Under the pieces are notes generated by a model. It had not been told where the DNA came from. It saw only the letters and a program-made list of their open reading frames with translations, and ran no database searches. The position numbers and the translations under genes are program-made. A DNA stretch of 64,000 nt from Eimeria praecox (taxonomy: Eukaryota), in the NCBI GenBank assembly GCA_963920595.1, contig OY986949.1, positions 3,472,001-3,536,000 on the forward strand. The letters are read 5' to 3'. Shown one piece after another: positions 50,101-63,355 of this stretch. How positions within the stretch are numbered: position 1 is the first letter of the stretch; each line of letters starts with the position of its first letter.

Positions 50101-53100
50101 TTATTCAGGTGACACGCCACTCCTACCAGAACCATCCCAAGTACCCGCTCAACGCCAACCTCAACTTGTACAAGTGTGTTCATCATGCTCAGTATGCGCC
50201 CAACTGCTCAACGCACTCCCTTAAGATTTTAGAGGTCGTTAGAAATGCAATCGCCGCTTAAGGTATAGCTCGCTTGGCATGACAACTTCGCGTGGGGCGC
50301 CTCCAGAGGATGGACGCACCTGGCAATCATGCACACTCGTGCGCTGCTTGCTACCGAACAGAACTGTAGAGCCCCTGATCCCCCAAAACATATTTTTGCC
50401 TGTTCGGTTGGTGGAGCACCACCTGTGGAAAACATCATGCTTGTTTTCAGTGCCTCAAAAGGTCATGCAAGCAGCAGCCGTGCTTGGACCACCCATGTGG
50501 TCATTCCTCCAGCCCACTGCCTTTTTCTACAGGAAGAAAGCGCAGGCTCGTCAGAAAACACCAATATCGAACGAGTTGCAGGCGGTTCCCGCAGAGCCTG
50601 CCACGCTTTCCACGCGCTGACCACGACCACGTGCGCGTCCCAATAGGCTGGTAGGTGTGGGCCGCTTCTCATGGTGCCACTATGGCTGGACAGGCGAAGT
50701 GGGAGACAAGAAACGGGACAGGAGCCAGCAAAAGAAGAGCGGGAGTGACTGGACAAAGACCTAAAACACTGTATCCTTCGGCTAGCAGATGTAGCGGGCC
50801 TTCCGCCATGACGCTTCACGGCTACAAGAGGGAAATGGGGTCGACTGGTCTTTTATGTGTAGCTAGCAGCGGCAGCCGTAGCCTGTGATTACACTAGACT
50901 TGCAGGAATCTCACAAGCTTTGTTCAGTGCCAACGATGCCCACTGATGAAAAAACAGCATTTGGTTTCCCATCAGCTTTATGACGATCCCAGTGTGTACA
51001 CCAAGATCCACCGCGCTGGTAGAATTTCCTGTTGTAATTGGGCATCCAGAGTCAGCTTCTAGCCGCTGCAAGCCGCATAAAGCACTCAAGTAGCACTCGA
51101 GCGCTAGCTATGGGTCTTCGCACTTTCTCCTTTGCCACATGTCGAAGGTTCGAACGCAACAGCGCAATTGTTAACCTTGGCGCGGTTCTTCGCCTAGGTA
51201 GAATCCTGCGCGAGCTGCAACTGCACGGTAATGACATGCTTGCATACACAATTTCAAAGCTAAAGTGCATGATACTTCATTGTTGATCATACTAACCTCC
51301 TACACAAGGTGCTCTAAGCGTAAGCTAGGTAAATTTGTGTCTGCTGCACGAGGCATCGCTTGATTAGCTGCAGGAGATGCCAACTAATACAATACGCATC
51401 ATGCACGGTACAGCTATTCGCAGGTTAGCCGAACCACACTGGGTAACTAGTTCGGAAACGTATTGCTGCGCTACCACTCATCCGACGTGAAACACTGCCT
51501 CAGCCTCAAAAGCTCCTCTCACTATCTATTTTTGTCAGCGCGTGGCCCCCGTACAGAATCCCAGCAAAGCTTCTTTGGCTGCCATACATCAACGCTAAAC
51601 ACCTTCCTTGAAGATACCTAGCGTCTCACTGTGCTGGTTTAAATGATCTTCCTGACGCAGGCCTGCGTTTCGCCGGACGCGGGCAGGCAAGGATTTGGTC
51701 TTGCATTGAGGTATGCCTAGAAATCAAGGTTGTTCTTACGAATTCTAAATGAAAACCCCTATATGAGATTTGATCGGCTATCACAGCAAGCTAGAATGCC
51801 TGAAAAACTAAAACGCTTTTGTCTTTAGGCGAATTATGTGCACTTATGGCGGCATGCACGGTCTTGCGTTCCACCCTTACACCAGCTCATTCTCCACCGC
51901 AAAGTGGCAATTTCGTGGCAGTCAATTATAACGCGGAACTCGTTCGCTTTCTCCGATGCTTAGATGAGACGGCACCTTAGAGTGTGTAGCATGCGCATTC
52001 TCCAATACTGCAGTACGAATCACTCACTAACTATATTCGCAATGCAATATTGTTCACTTAAACACTGCTAGGCCAAATCAGCCATCTTCGCAACTGTTCC
52101 AAAACTAATACAATGTGGCTTAGCATTACAAAGTGAGACCGCATCCCTCAGCGTACCTAGCACTCTTGAACGTATGACTACCACACTGTTTCACAAAAAT
52201 ACGCGTAGTTTGCGGCCGCATGGGCGACGTGCGTCCACCATTACCACGCGCACTTGCTCCTTCATTAAAACTCCAAACGGATGCCAACACAATAGCACTT
52301 CCACACTGGGCAGTGCATCGGTTCAGCACATGCAAATAGCAAACCTCTACAACAGGACATGAGAAAAATTGTGGCCTACCGTAAACGCTACGGCATGTAC
52401 ATTCTTGAGGCCAGGCTCAGCAACCTCAGGGCATGCACCCAAGATGGAGAAGATCAATACGATAGATGAAAGGAGGTAGAGGAAGGAGCTTGGTAAGACC
52501 CTTAGGGAATTTTGGATTGCTGGAGGGAGGTGAGAAGTGGGGCCTCATGGGACTGTATAGCTCAGCCGGAACTTGGTGCTCGCAGATCCATAAACTACGC
52601 GGTTGGTTTCTCTTCCGTTGCACTCAGCTCTCACCAACTGCGTTCAGTTGCAATATTGGACGGTCATTGCCTCTGGCACATGGCAATGTTGTCCTGCCAC
52701 TTGTCTCCAAGGACGGAATAAACATCAGTCGGAGAGCTTGGCACTTTCTTTGGATTCGAGGCGCATGCGGCTCCTTATGAAACTCCAGTTCACTTCTCAA
52801 GCGTATGCATACACCAGGAGCCCCAATCAGACGCTCTCGTGCAGCAATTAGTCTGCTGGCTGCTAACGAGGCTTGTTTCCTATGGCTTCGCGACTCACGT
52901 CCTCCTTTGCCACGCATTGTGGAAAACGTGAAGCATGATGTGCTTGCTTCAGGCCGTAGCTTTACCGACCTGAACGCAGGCACGCATTTCCATTCAGGCA
53001 GGCGTCTAAGAAACGCTTGTAAGCTGGCACGAAGCGTATCCTCCAGCTTACGGCGCACCCGCGGCGAAGGATTCGTTCCAAGTTAAAGGGCCCAAATGCT

Positions 53101-56100
53101 GACAATAGAATTGAACCCTGCAACAACACATTGCTCGCTTCTGGATGCAACTCCAGTAGCTTTTGTTGGCTACCCGGCTACTTGCTGTCTCCCTCTGAAG
53201 CCTTACTGTCTGTGTATAGGGATGCGCATGCATGTAGCGCTCTGCGCGCGAAGTATAAGAGCTGACAAAACGTTTGCCTCTCGTAGTGAGATTGTGACGC
53301 TGTGTAAGCACTGTCGACTTGAGGTAGCTGAGTGCCTGCATAGTAACTAATGCGCTGTGAACGTTGTTAGGCCCTCTCAAACCTTTAAAGCACAGCATTA
53401 CCTCGTGCGTTAAAAATAGAAAGCTGCATGCCAATTAAAGCCGCATAACTACTGGCAACGTCCACAGTTCTGAACGCTAAGATGCGTTCTACAGGCGGAT
53501 AGCGCAAACGAGAAGTCAGGGAATTGGGCACTAGCATTTTCTTCCTAAATTGAGTATGCCGTATGCGTAATACCGTGAACTCCGTAAAGCCATGCACGAG
53601 ATGCAGCATAGATACATCCACCTTCAAAAAGTGCCGAACGTAGACTCACGTCCTCCTGCATATGATGTAAAAACATTCCAGCGCTGCCCATTCACATTTC
53701 GTGAGCGGGGCAATACCTGCTGCGCGTACTGTCCTGCAGTCGCCGTGCATGGATGCCGTGCTTGTTAAAATGTTATCGGCACAGCTACAAACAGACTCTT
53801 GCAGTGTGTCTCTTGTTGCAGTTTTGCATGGTCTAACAGCATACTTTGCGAAGTATAACTGCATCTTATATCTACCTCAATGCACCGACGGCGGTGCTCT
53901 CGAGTGCCCCTTCTCACAAACATATATCTCACCTTCTGCGTTAAATCAGTCGCAGGAGATTCACACAATCTTTTTAAGGACCTCAAACGGAAGGCGTCTG
54001 CCGTGGACCCTTTCCGCTATCAATCTTAACCAACGCAATGCCATTCTATTGGCGTCAGTAGCTGATGACAAAATATTGCCAATGCGAGAGCTTGTGGTCC
54101 ACGAGGAAAAACAACGTTTGCATTTATGTTACTCAGAGGTGCGGTCGCTGCAGCCAACAAATGTGCATTCGCTCTTTATCCGAGGGGACAGCCTCATTTA
54201 TCCCTCCAGTGGTGAATGCCACCACAGCTTCGAAGCCAAGGGCATTAGCAACATGAAATGCGAAGACATGAGAGCTTCCTCAATCACTCCCTTACCCCTT
54301 TTCCACATGTATTTCCTGTAAGCCTGCTCAAGTTTGTAAAGGACGCGCCGTAGCACATTCCGACAGCAGTCGGCATTTCTGTCTCATACTCTTGCAGAAC
54401 TGGAGCTTGATCAAATGTGAAATCCATTACCGGCATACCAAATGGTACCCTGCTATCAGCAAAACTATTTGTATAATGCTCCTTTACTCCCCTTTCCTTC
54501 CCTGACCTATGCGTACCACCTGTGTACAGTATAGTACACACATGATCAGGCAAAGATGTAGATTGGACATGTAAACCAAGTAAATGACGGAGGCAAAGCA
54601 AACAGCAGCGGATTAGAATTTCCAATTCGTAGTTGCGATGCAGAGCAGACCTTCAGACCCCTCCGCCCCCAAGCTGTCACACAAGCAACAGCGCTAGTAG
54701 CAGCAGAATCAGCTGCCTCTACTGATTGCTGCTGCAGTGGTATGCATCTGTTCTGCCGCAGCGACTGAGAGCCCCGGAGAGCCGTTGTAAACAGACGCCA
54801 AACCCACTTCCTCCTTAGTTGCAAAATATCCTCTCTGCATAGCCAGTGCCTTGCACGAGAACGTTGACCGAAGTGACCTGCAAGCGCTTTACACAGCGAG
54901 CATCACCCGTTACGCTTCTAAGCATATTATGCATGTAGACGTTCGTTTCAGCACTGCAAGATTCGGCGAGGTCTCGATACCTCCATTTCGACTCTTGCCA
55001 AAGGCACGCGAAGCTGGGACAGTTGCGCGGTTGCTGAGTGTCACGTTCTTAAGCAGCACGTACTTGCTGCGTTCCAGGATGCACAGGCGTAGTAATTGAC
55101 ACATCCAGTCTAGCCTTGCAAAAATCAAAAGAGCGAACCCAACCTGTCCCGCAAACGAACTATTCCGATCTGTGCGCTCCTACGCAGGTCCTTCGTGACT
55201 GGAGAGTTAATGGCTTCGAAGATTTCTTGCTCGCCTGACACCCCACCTGTGGTCTGCATTCGCCCTTGCACTGGCATTTCAGTAACCCACATTCTTCTGT
55301 GGCGCACAAGACCGGCACAGATGAAGGGTGAAGCCGCATGCCATGCTTGCGTTGGGTATGCCAGGCTTCAGGCACAACCGCCCCATGCGGAGAAAAAAGC
55401 GGTGTACCGCTTTGTACGCAAATGCCCCTGATGCAGCTTCAGCGCTACGACATACCTAAAGAAAACGCTAAAGGAAAGGACGCTAGGTGCAAGCAGAACA
55501 ATCACAACTGAGTACTCTACGTAGGCACAGGCTGCACAAGGAGAATATTCTGAGGCTATGATCCTTGCTATTAGACGGCTGGGGTTCCATTATGAGCTTT
55601 ACTTTCTGTTCACAAAATTCCCCACAATCATATTCTCCTGAATGCGAATATACAGGTTGGTGCCCTGTAATAAGCAAGACTGGGACCTTGAATGTGAAAA
55701 TCCTCCGCGGCTCCGGATTGCTCAACCTCAGGTAGGCCATTCCTCCTGCAAAGGGCGTCACTCTTGCTTGCACGCACTAGTTGCAGCGGTGCCAGAAAGT
55801 CAATTTGCTGCCCGTTATATTTCATCAATGCATTTACGAAATAGAAGAAAAGGGGCAGTGTATCTTCGTCCGCATCGTAGCGCTATAGTTGCATAATGTC
55901 CACTGCCTGGCAAGAGTAAAACATTGTTGCACCATTGGCAAAACGCTAGAGCAATCGAAAGAGAATAGACAGGCCCTGAGCTCCAGGAGACGCTTGTGGC
56001 AAAAACTGCTGAGTGAGGTCCTTCTTGCCCCTACAGCAAACTACCACGATGCCATTTTGGGTGCATTGACTGCAGTTACTGTTCGGCGCAATGGGGTGAA

Positions 56101-59100
56101 GCTCCATATGATGCGTTCGCCCGAATACCGTAATGCGCTCACCATTTCACATTCATCACTTACTATCTGCAGGCCACAGGCACCACGTGATTATGGCGAA
56201 AGAGCAAGTACGAGCACGCTTCAATTGTGTGCCAACAGTCTGACTGGCACCTCAACAGCCCACCTTAGCAAGCATCAAAGCGTCAGAGATCCCGTTTTCC
56301 TTGGATCTAGCTTGTGCAGGTGATCGCTCTGCTGCTGCTGGCAATATTGGCTTTCTAGTTTGCAGTGCAGTTCAGATTGAAGCCTTCATTTCTTCGCAAT
56401 CGAAAATATGCCTGTAGTTCTACGCACACGCTCCTTTTTTCAATCCAGTACAGTTTTGTTGACACGAATTTTTCGAACACGGCCGGTCCCTCTAAGAGTC
56501 AGGAACGCAAAGCTACGAGCGCACCTGAGCAAATGCATTGGCTGCTGGCCGACGCCCTGCAAAATTCTACTTTTTCACGCATCTATTCCCCATACCGTGT
56601 CCTGCATTTCTACGCGTTGCAAAAACCGTTCCCCTTCAGACCCAACTCGTCCAACCGTTCGCACCTACCAGTGCACTAGCTGCACACGTGCTGGAACTAA
56701 AGTGTCTGCGCTTGTGCCGGAGTGTCCTAAGCGCACTTGCTGATTAGCCATAGGCGAATGTTGTTTAAATTGCACATCTGGCCACCTAGGTAGCAGTAGG
56801 TACACGGGGCTGAAAGCATGCTTGAAAAGCAGCTCTTAGCATGCAGGATTACCTGACATCGCAAACCAAACTGACGTCCCAACGAGGCTTTCGGTGTACT
56901 CAAACATACGACCGTACAAGGAACGCTTAAGCAGCCAACAGCACAGACCGTCCACCTGCAGCTATGAACTCCTTACACGAGTAAAAAAGCAAAGCACCCC
57001 ACCAGATATACGTCTGGAAACGCACGCGAGTCTTCTTGACCCAGTGCACTGGATATGGCAAGATGGTAGACGCATCCAGCTCTGTTCACGGGCGTGGTAT
57101 ATTTGGCAGTAAAGGGGCCTTTTACCAGAGGCCCCAGTTCAGCTCAAGCTTTAGACGCTTCTTTCCATCATGCTTCATTTGGTTTCAAATGCGCTGAGCT
57201 TAGTTTACTTGACGGGGACCAATAAACCTCCGGAGCGTTGCGCATACCAGCTAGTTACAGTTCCAACATCAAGCACCGTGCGGGCCTTGCAGAACATGGA
57301 CTCAGCAGGATCCGCGTACCAATTCTGCTGCAACCCAGGACGAGAGGATAAACAGAGAAGGCCTGAGTGAGTGTACATCGCCTTGGCCGATGCGAATTTG
57401 ACTTTGCCGCTGTGTTCATCTGATGGGCTTACACAGTCACAGCCCTATATATGGTCACAGGTTTACGCGGAATGTATAATCAGTTTTGGCGCACGTTGTG
57501 TGATGCACCCACTTTCTTCTATTGTCGCATGCATGTGCACTTGTCCCACAGCTCTTATCCACTCAAACCAGCGGGGAAACACGCATCGCAGGCCAGACGC
57601 ACATAGCAATTGCTTGATCTCCTTCCAGTAGAACCCAAGCATCTGTCGGTTGTAGTATTTGTCGTGCAGGTAGGCTTTCCCATCGGCCAGCACTGAGCAA
57701 ACAGGCACAAAGGCTAGCTACAACCCTGCGCACCCCAGGCTGCCAGCGCTGGGAGGCTGCGCCAACTTTCTTGCTGCTCGAACCGCCGAACCGCCCACTC
57801 ACTAGCTGCGAGCAACGCTCTGCGAGTCTTTTTCTTAACGCCTGCGCAGTCTTGCACACTGGTTACCCCAGCGGGAACAAACTTAGACCTCGGCATGATA
57901 ATGCATCCACGCTGAATGTTGCAGCTCTCCTTTCTTGTTCCTGCACTATGATGCAGCGAACGGCGTACGGGAGTGGATACACAAGAATGGAACAGGTCTG
58001 CAATAATACCTACCTTCTCCTTAATCCCATCCCGAGCCTCAGACGACGAAAGAGCGCATTCTTGCTTGTGGCTAGTCCCGTTCGACAACGAGACATGCAG
58101 CACCCTGCAAAACCGGTGCAACACCGTGCAAGCGCTTCTTCTATCTTTTGCTGCGTTATTTCAGATTATTCCTTGAGAGAAGAGCTTGGTTGGAAGCTCC
58201 CACCTAGTTCCAGATATCGGCTGCCACGCCAAGCCTGCTAATCTCGTCCGATTCTTAGTTGTCCGCTTAAAGTACGAACATTGTTGGAACGTATCGGTTT
58301 GACCACGGCGGCCTTGGATTCAGTGACGCAACAACTGCTCACGAGCTGTGGATAGACACTTCACAGCCCAGCGTATCTCGGAATCACTAAAACAGGCGGA
58401 TACGCATCCCGTTGAGGAGACGCGCATTAGCGACGGCGACATGAATCATGGTATATGCAAGCGTGCTGGTGGGCGTTGTGATTATGAAATACAGGTTCAA
58501 TAGCATACGCCTTCTCTGCGCAGTGCCTCTTCTTCTATGGAAACCACTGTAAAATCACGCATCGGCCAGATCATCACCAGCTATGCAAACGATCGACAAA
58601 ACAATTCCAAACAAACAGCGCGCCAACTGTTAGCTGCCAGCTGACTGTTGTTAGCGTGCTTTCGGCGATTTTCCCTGAAGAATGCTAGCCAGTATTCTCA
58701 CGTGCTGTTCATGGAGATCCACGCCAGGCTAGGATGATGGTAATACACAAGATGAAGCCACGCCCTGCCGTCAACATGGGCTCATTTGAGTGTACAAAAT
58801 AATATATCTTGTGTCACCGAGGATCCTTTCGCCTTCAATGCCTGCAACTGGTAAACCACGGCTTTGTGCAAGTCCCAATGTTGTAATTGTTCCGACATTT
58901 AAAAAATGGTCTCCTTCCTAAGCTTACTCGCTTCTGTTGATCATAAATTCAAATGTCGCAGCTGCACGCATAAAACGCCCTGATCTAAAGGGTCTGCTTT
59001 TTACTAATGCATGACGCATGCTGCGCCTGGGCTGCCGTTGCCGCCTTCGGCTATCAAACCTGCAAATTCAACCATGCGCGCCACCGTGCATAGTGCAGTG

Positions 59101-62100
59101 GCTCGCATGCTATCTAACCCTCTTACAGAAAAGCCTTAGGCGTGCCAGTGTCATACATGGATCCATTCCGATGCCAGCCAATTCATCGACTTCAAACAAG
59201 CAAGGGTTAGAGAGACCCGGTCTTGCAACCTAAACTATGACAACTCACCAGCTTTATTCAATCGTATATTGTTGAACAACACACCACACCGCATCTGCAC
59301 AAACAAAACTAGCCCCGGAAATTCTGGACGTCTTCGGCGCTGCGAAGTGCAAACTGCACTTCACCCACCAGCTACCGCTCCGAGCGGCAGGTTTGATGGC
59401 ACAGTGCTCGCCTTCACTCGCTAACGCTTTTGACGATGCGCATCGTCATGTCTCACGCTTAAACGCGTTTTATGCGTTATTCGAGCATTTTGAGTAGCCG
59501 ATACTATGGCACTGTAGTGTTTAGTACGATACCCCTCTTGATGTGTAACTGTCTGCCAGAACCTGTCAAGAGGGAAAGCTGCAAACTCTTCATGCACCAT
59601 CCACTGAAAGGGATTCAGCAAGCGCTCCAACGAAAAACCTTGGAGCACAAGCCAACCACTGGGCAACAAAAACTGTGCAGTGTCACTCCCCGCCTTCGCA
59701 GACCCAGTACGAAAGGCATCTTACCAAGCCATTTCAACACCGTTTTACACCTATCACAGCACTTCTCTGAGATGCGCAACTGCTGCCGTGTTACTCAGTC
59801 ATGCCATCTCAGCTCTGCGTGCAGTGGCGACTCTAGTGACATTGTAATACCCAAGCGTGCAGGAAACTCTCAGTGTGTCTGCAACGCACAAGCCCTGGCT
59901 GTTGAAACGTCTTACCTTCACTCAAATTCTGGTTGTCTAAATTTGATCTGGGGTGATATTTGCAACACCCCAAGTTGTTCATAGATATTCTGTAACATCA
60001 GGGTCTCTAATCACAAGCGCACGCCTGATATTGAATGCCACAAGGCGACATGTAGCGCAACAAACCTCGCAGGAGCCATACAAACTCAGAGCCACTCACG
60101 CCTTGTGGGCGTCGGCAGATTTTACCATTAGCATGTTTCTGGATTAGTGTAGCGGTCATGCGTGCATTGTGGTTCGCAATCTATTCACACACTTTCTACA
60201 GGCAAAACACAAGAAAAGCTGCAGACTCAAGGTGGTGCGCTTGCTGGCCAGTGAGAACAAGGCCAAGAGCGTTCAGTGGGTGTGCTGGTACCGAAACATT
60301 ATGCAACTGTTTAGGACACGAAAAGCATCGGAGCAAGCCCCTGGTTTGCACATGAAAGCCGTGCAACTGGCAACGGCGTTTAAAGTGAGTACCAGGGGGG
60401 AAATAGACTGCATAATTGTAGTGTGCCAAAAATCCTGGGAGACCAATTTTCGTCCAAGCTCAAACGTGTCGGCAATCGTTTGAGCCTCTGCATGCAAATA
60501 TTCTGTCATCTCATCTGAAAACAGGATGGAATTGACATGGAATACAATGGGCAGCAATCACCATTTACATAAGCGTTCGGCGCAGCACTTTTTCATACGC
60601 AAAGCGCTGACTGAAGTTTGCTTCTTTACACAGTGCTCAAAAGCATGCTTCTGAACGGTTCAATGTTCGCGACGCCTAACCGCCATCCCGACACGCGAGA
60701 CATGAATATTGTATAGATCACGCAACTGAGCAAGGCGTCCACTGTAGCCGTTGATTGAAGGCGATGCACCTGATCTATAGCTGAACGCACATCCTCCTTA
60801 TGTTCACAACAGGCGCAGTGCATCTAACCGTACTGTTACGTCTGGTGCTGTACCAGCTAAAGCACCCAGAAAGTTAAGACCTACAGCATCGCCCTGTGGG
60901 CATTGTATTCGTGCAAAACGCAGTACCTTTTTTGGGGCTGCGCAGGTTACATCTTTATGCCTCGCTTGTGCCACCAATTTGCGCATGCACCACTCACTTC
61001 AGGCAACGCTATATACTCCGTTGAAACCTCGTCCCCTCCTGAGGTGACAAAAAAGTGCTTTGTTCCACTTCCATTGCGCTACTCCTTACAGAGCGTTGTT
61101 ATTAAGCCTGACTGTGTGCCTAAGGCAGCATGCATCACACCTGGTCTGCATCCCCCCTGGTAGGAGCGTCTAGAATGAACAGCCAAAGATACTTGGGTCT
61201 GTTTCATTGCCCAATACATTGACTGCACGTAAGAGTACGTGTGCCTTTAGTTGCAAGCAACGACGGCAACTATGGCAGGCTGGGGCAGCTTGGGATGATC
61301 GCCGTGCTATTTAATACACGGCTCCTACAATGCACAGCCCCTTAGGAGGCAATGCCCACATCTGTAGCCAAGCCTCACAGCTACGTGCATTGTTGCAACA
61401 CAATATTAGCACTTTAACGCGAATGCAGCATGCACTGTGGCTCCCGCGCAACCGCGAAACTCCGCGTTTCCCAGTGCGTCGTGAGTTATCACCGCCTAGC
61501 TCTTCAGAAGAGGCTCCGACGAGTTTGTCTGCGCAGCATCACACCCAGTGTTCCACTCCAAGCTCTCCATCAACACGGCACGATGTTTGGAAACCTGAAA
61601 CCGCAGTAGGTCGAACTTAGCGCATTTCATTGTCATTCGGCCGTTCATATCGAACACAGAACTGCACTGCCATCAAACTCCACACCTCGTTAGCCTTCGA
61701 GATATTGGAAAAATGGCACAGCTAAATGATCCGCCCGTCTAACAAGGGAATCTGGAAATCAAAGTAAGTCTGGCACACTGAGGAGTATCTCATCCTACAG
61801 GCAAGATTCCGGACTCGAACAGCCCCTCTTGTATAAATTCCTTGATTGCGAAACACGTATGCGCCCTCCCGTGTCGAACAATCGTTTCTTGCTTCACCAA
61901 ACATGATAAAACAGAACGCTGTGAGCCGCTGTTTGACCAAGCAGGCACCTTCGTTTTGCATACGCTAAAATGCACTGCAGGCTCATGCAGCCACGTTCAA
62001 AACATGTTTCCAGCATAATGATACTGTTCCGCATTGAGATCCTCTTTTCCCCAACAGCACAGAATACAAACTCATGGGAGGTTGATGAACCCGCCAAACG

Positions 62101-62399
62101 CGCTATCCCAAGCTTACGGGTAAAGCTTCAACCTCCCGTAGGATCGATTTGAACTTACTAGCTGCTCTCCCTGACAGCACACCTAGCACGCAATGGCAGC
62201 CCTGATCGCCGATCAATGCCCTGATTCGCCAACTAGGTTATTCAGTACAACCTAATCGCAAAGAATATGGAAACTGAGTCAGCTTTGCCGCCGCGCCAAA
62301 CTCACTTATTGCCTTTTCTGACAGCACGCACAACGTCCTGGCTCAACACTTCAGCACTACCCGGGCCAAATATTCCAACTTCGAACGCTGCCATGGCCT

Positions 62400-63355
62400 G
62401 TACACGGCGCCGCCTCGCACACTGCAACACCAGCAGCAGCTCCCACGCCTGTCTGTTCAGTAACCGCCTGGCCTTCCAACTCTGCAAACGCACTTCCTCT
62501 TTTGGCTGAAACCCAACAAGAACGTAAGCCGCCGAGCCTCCTAAGGGCACGATCCGTTGCAAACTGCCATCCAAAATCTATTCCCAAGACCACCAGCAGT
62601 TCACTATGAAACATGCATCTGCCCCAGCTTGTCACACTCTTGACACATTCATGTTGCGCGCTTCCGCTTCCATCGACCAGCGACTAATCGACCCCTTTGC
62701 AACACCGCACACAAAAGCAGGTCTTAGCCTTCCAACAGAAAAAAAACACACAAATGCCCGTCTCAACGTCGGTCCGTGCACCACGAGCGGCATCCCACAC
62801 TGCAACACCAGCAGCAGCTCCCACACCTGTCTGTTCAGTAACCGCCTGGCCTTGCAACTCTGCAAACGCACTTCCTCTTTTGGCTGAAACCCAACAAGAA
62901 CGTAAGCCGCCGAGCCTCCTAAGGGCACGATCCGTTGCAAACTGCCATCCAAAATCTATTCCCAAGACCACCAGCAATTCACTATGAAACATGCATCTGC
63001 CCCAGCTTGTCACACTCTTGACGCATTCATGTTGCGCGCTTCCGCTTCCATCGACCAGCGACTAATCGACGCCTTTGCAACACTGCACACAAAAGCAGGT
63101 CTTAGCCTTCCAACAGAAAAAAACACACAAATGCCCGTCTCAACGTCGGTCCGTGCACCACGAGCGGCATCCCACACTGCAACACCAGCAGCAGCTCCCA
63201 CACCTGTTTGTTCAGTAACCGCCTGGCCTTCCAACTCTGCAAACGCACTTCCTCTTTTGGCTGAAACCCAACAAGAACGTAAGCCGCCGAGCCTCCTAAG
63301 GGCACAATCCGTTGCAAACTGCCATCAAAAATCTACTGCCAAGACAACCAGCAAG
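62400..63355. repeat. Tandem satellite, 378-bp monomer, subfamily 1 (~2.5 near-identical copies)
   Basis: cacactgcaacaccagcagcagctcccac at 62418, 62796 and 63173 (offsets 378, 377); cttccatcgaccagcg at 62667 and 63045. Confidence 0.97.

Noticed and set aside
53701..54321. 206-aa ORF in the spacer region
   Set aside because: It has a GTG start, no recognisable motif and no supporting exon structure, and is compatible with a chance ORF.
57113..57134. GGGGCCT-N8-AGGCCCC hairpin as a terminator
   Set aside because: A 7-bp stem is expected by chance in 64 kb, and intrinsic terminators are not relevant in this eukaryotic context.
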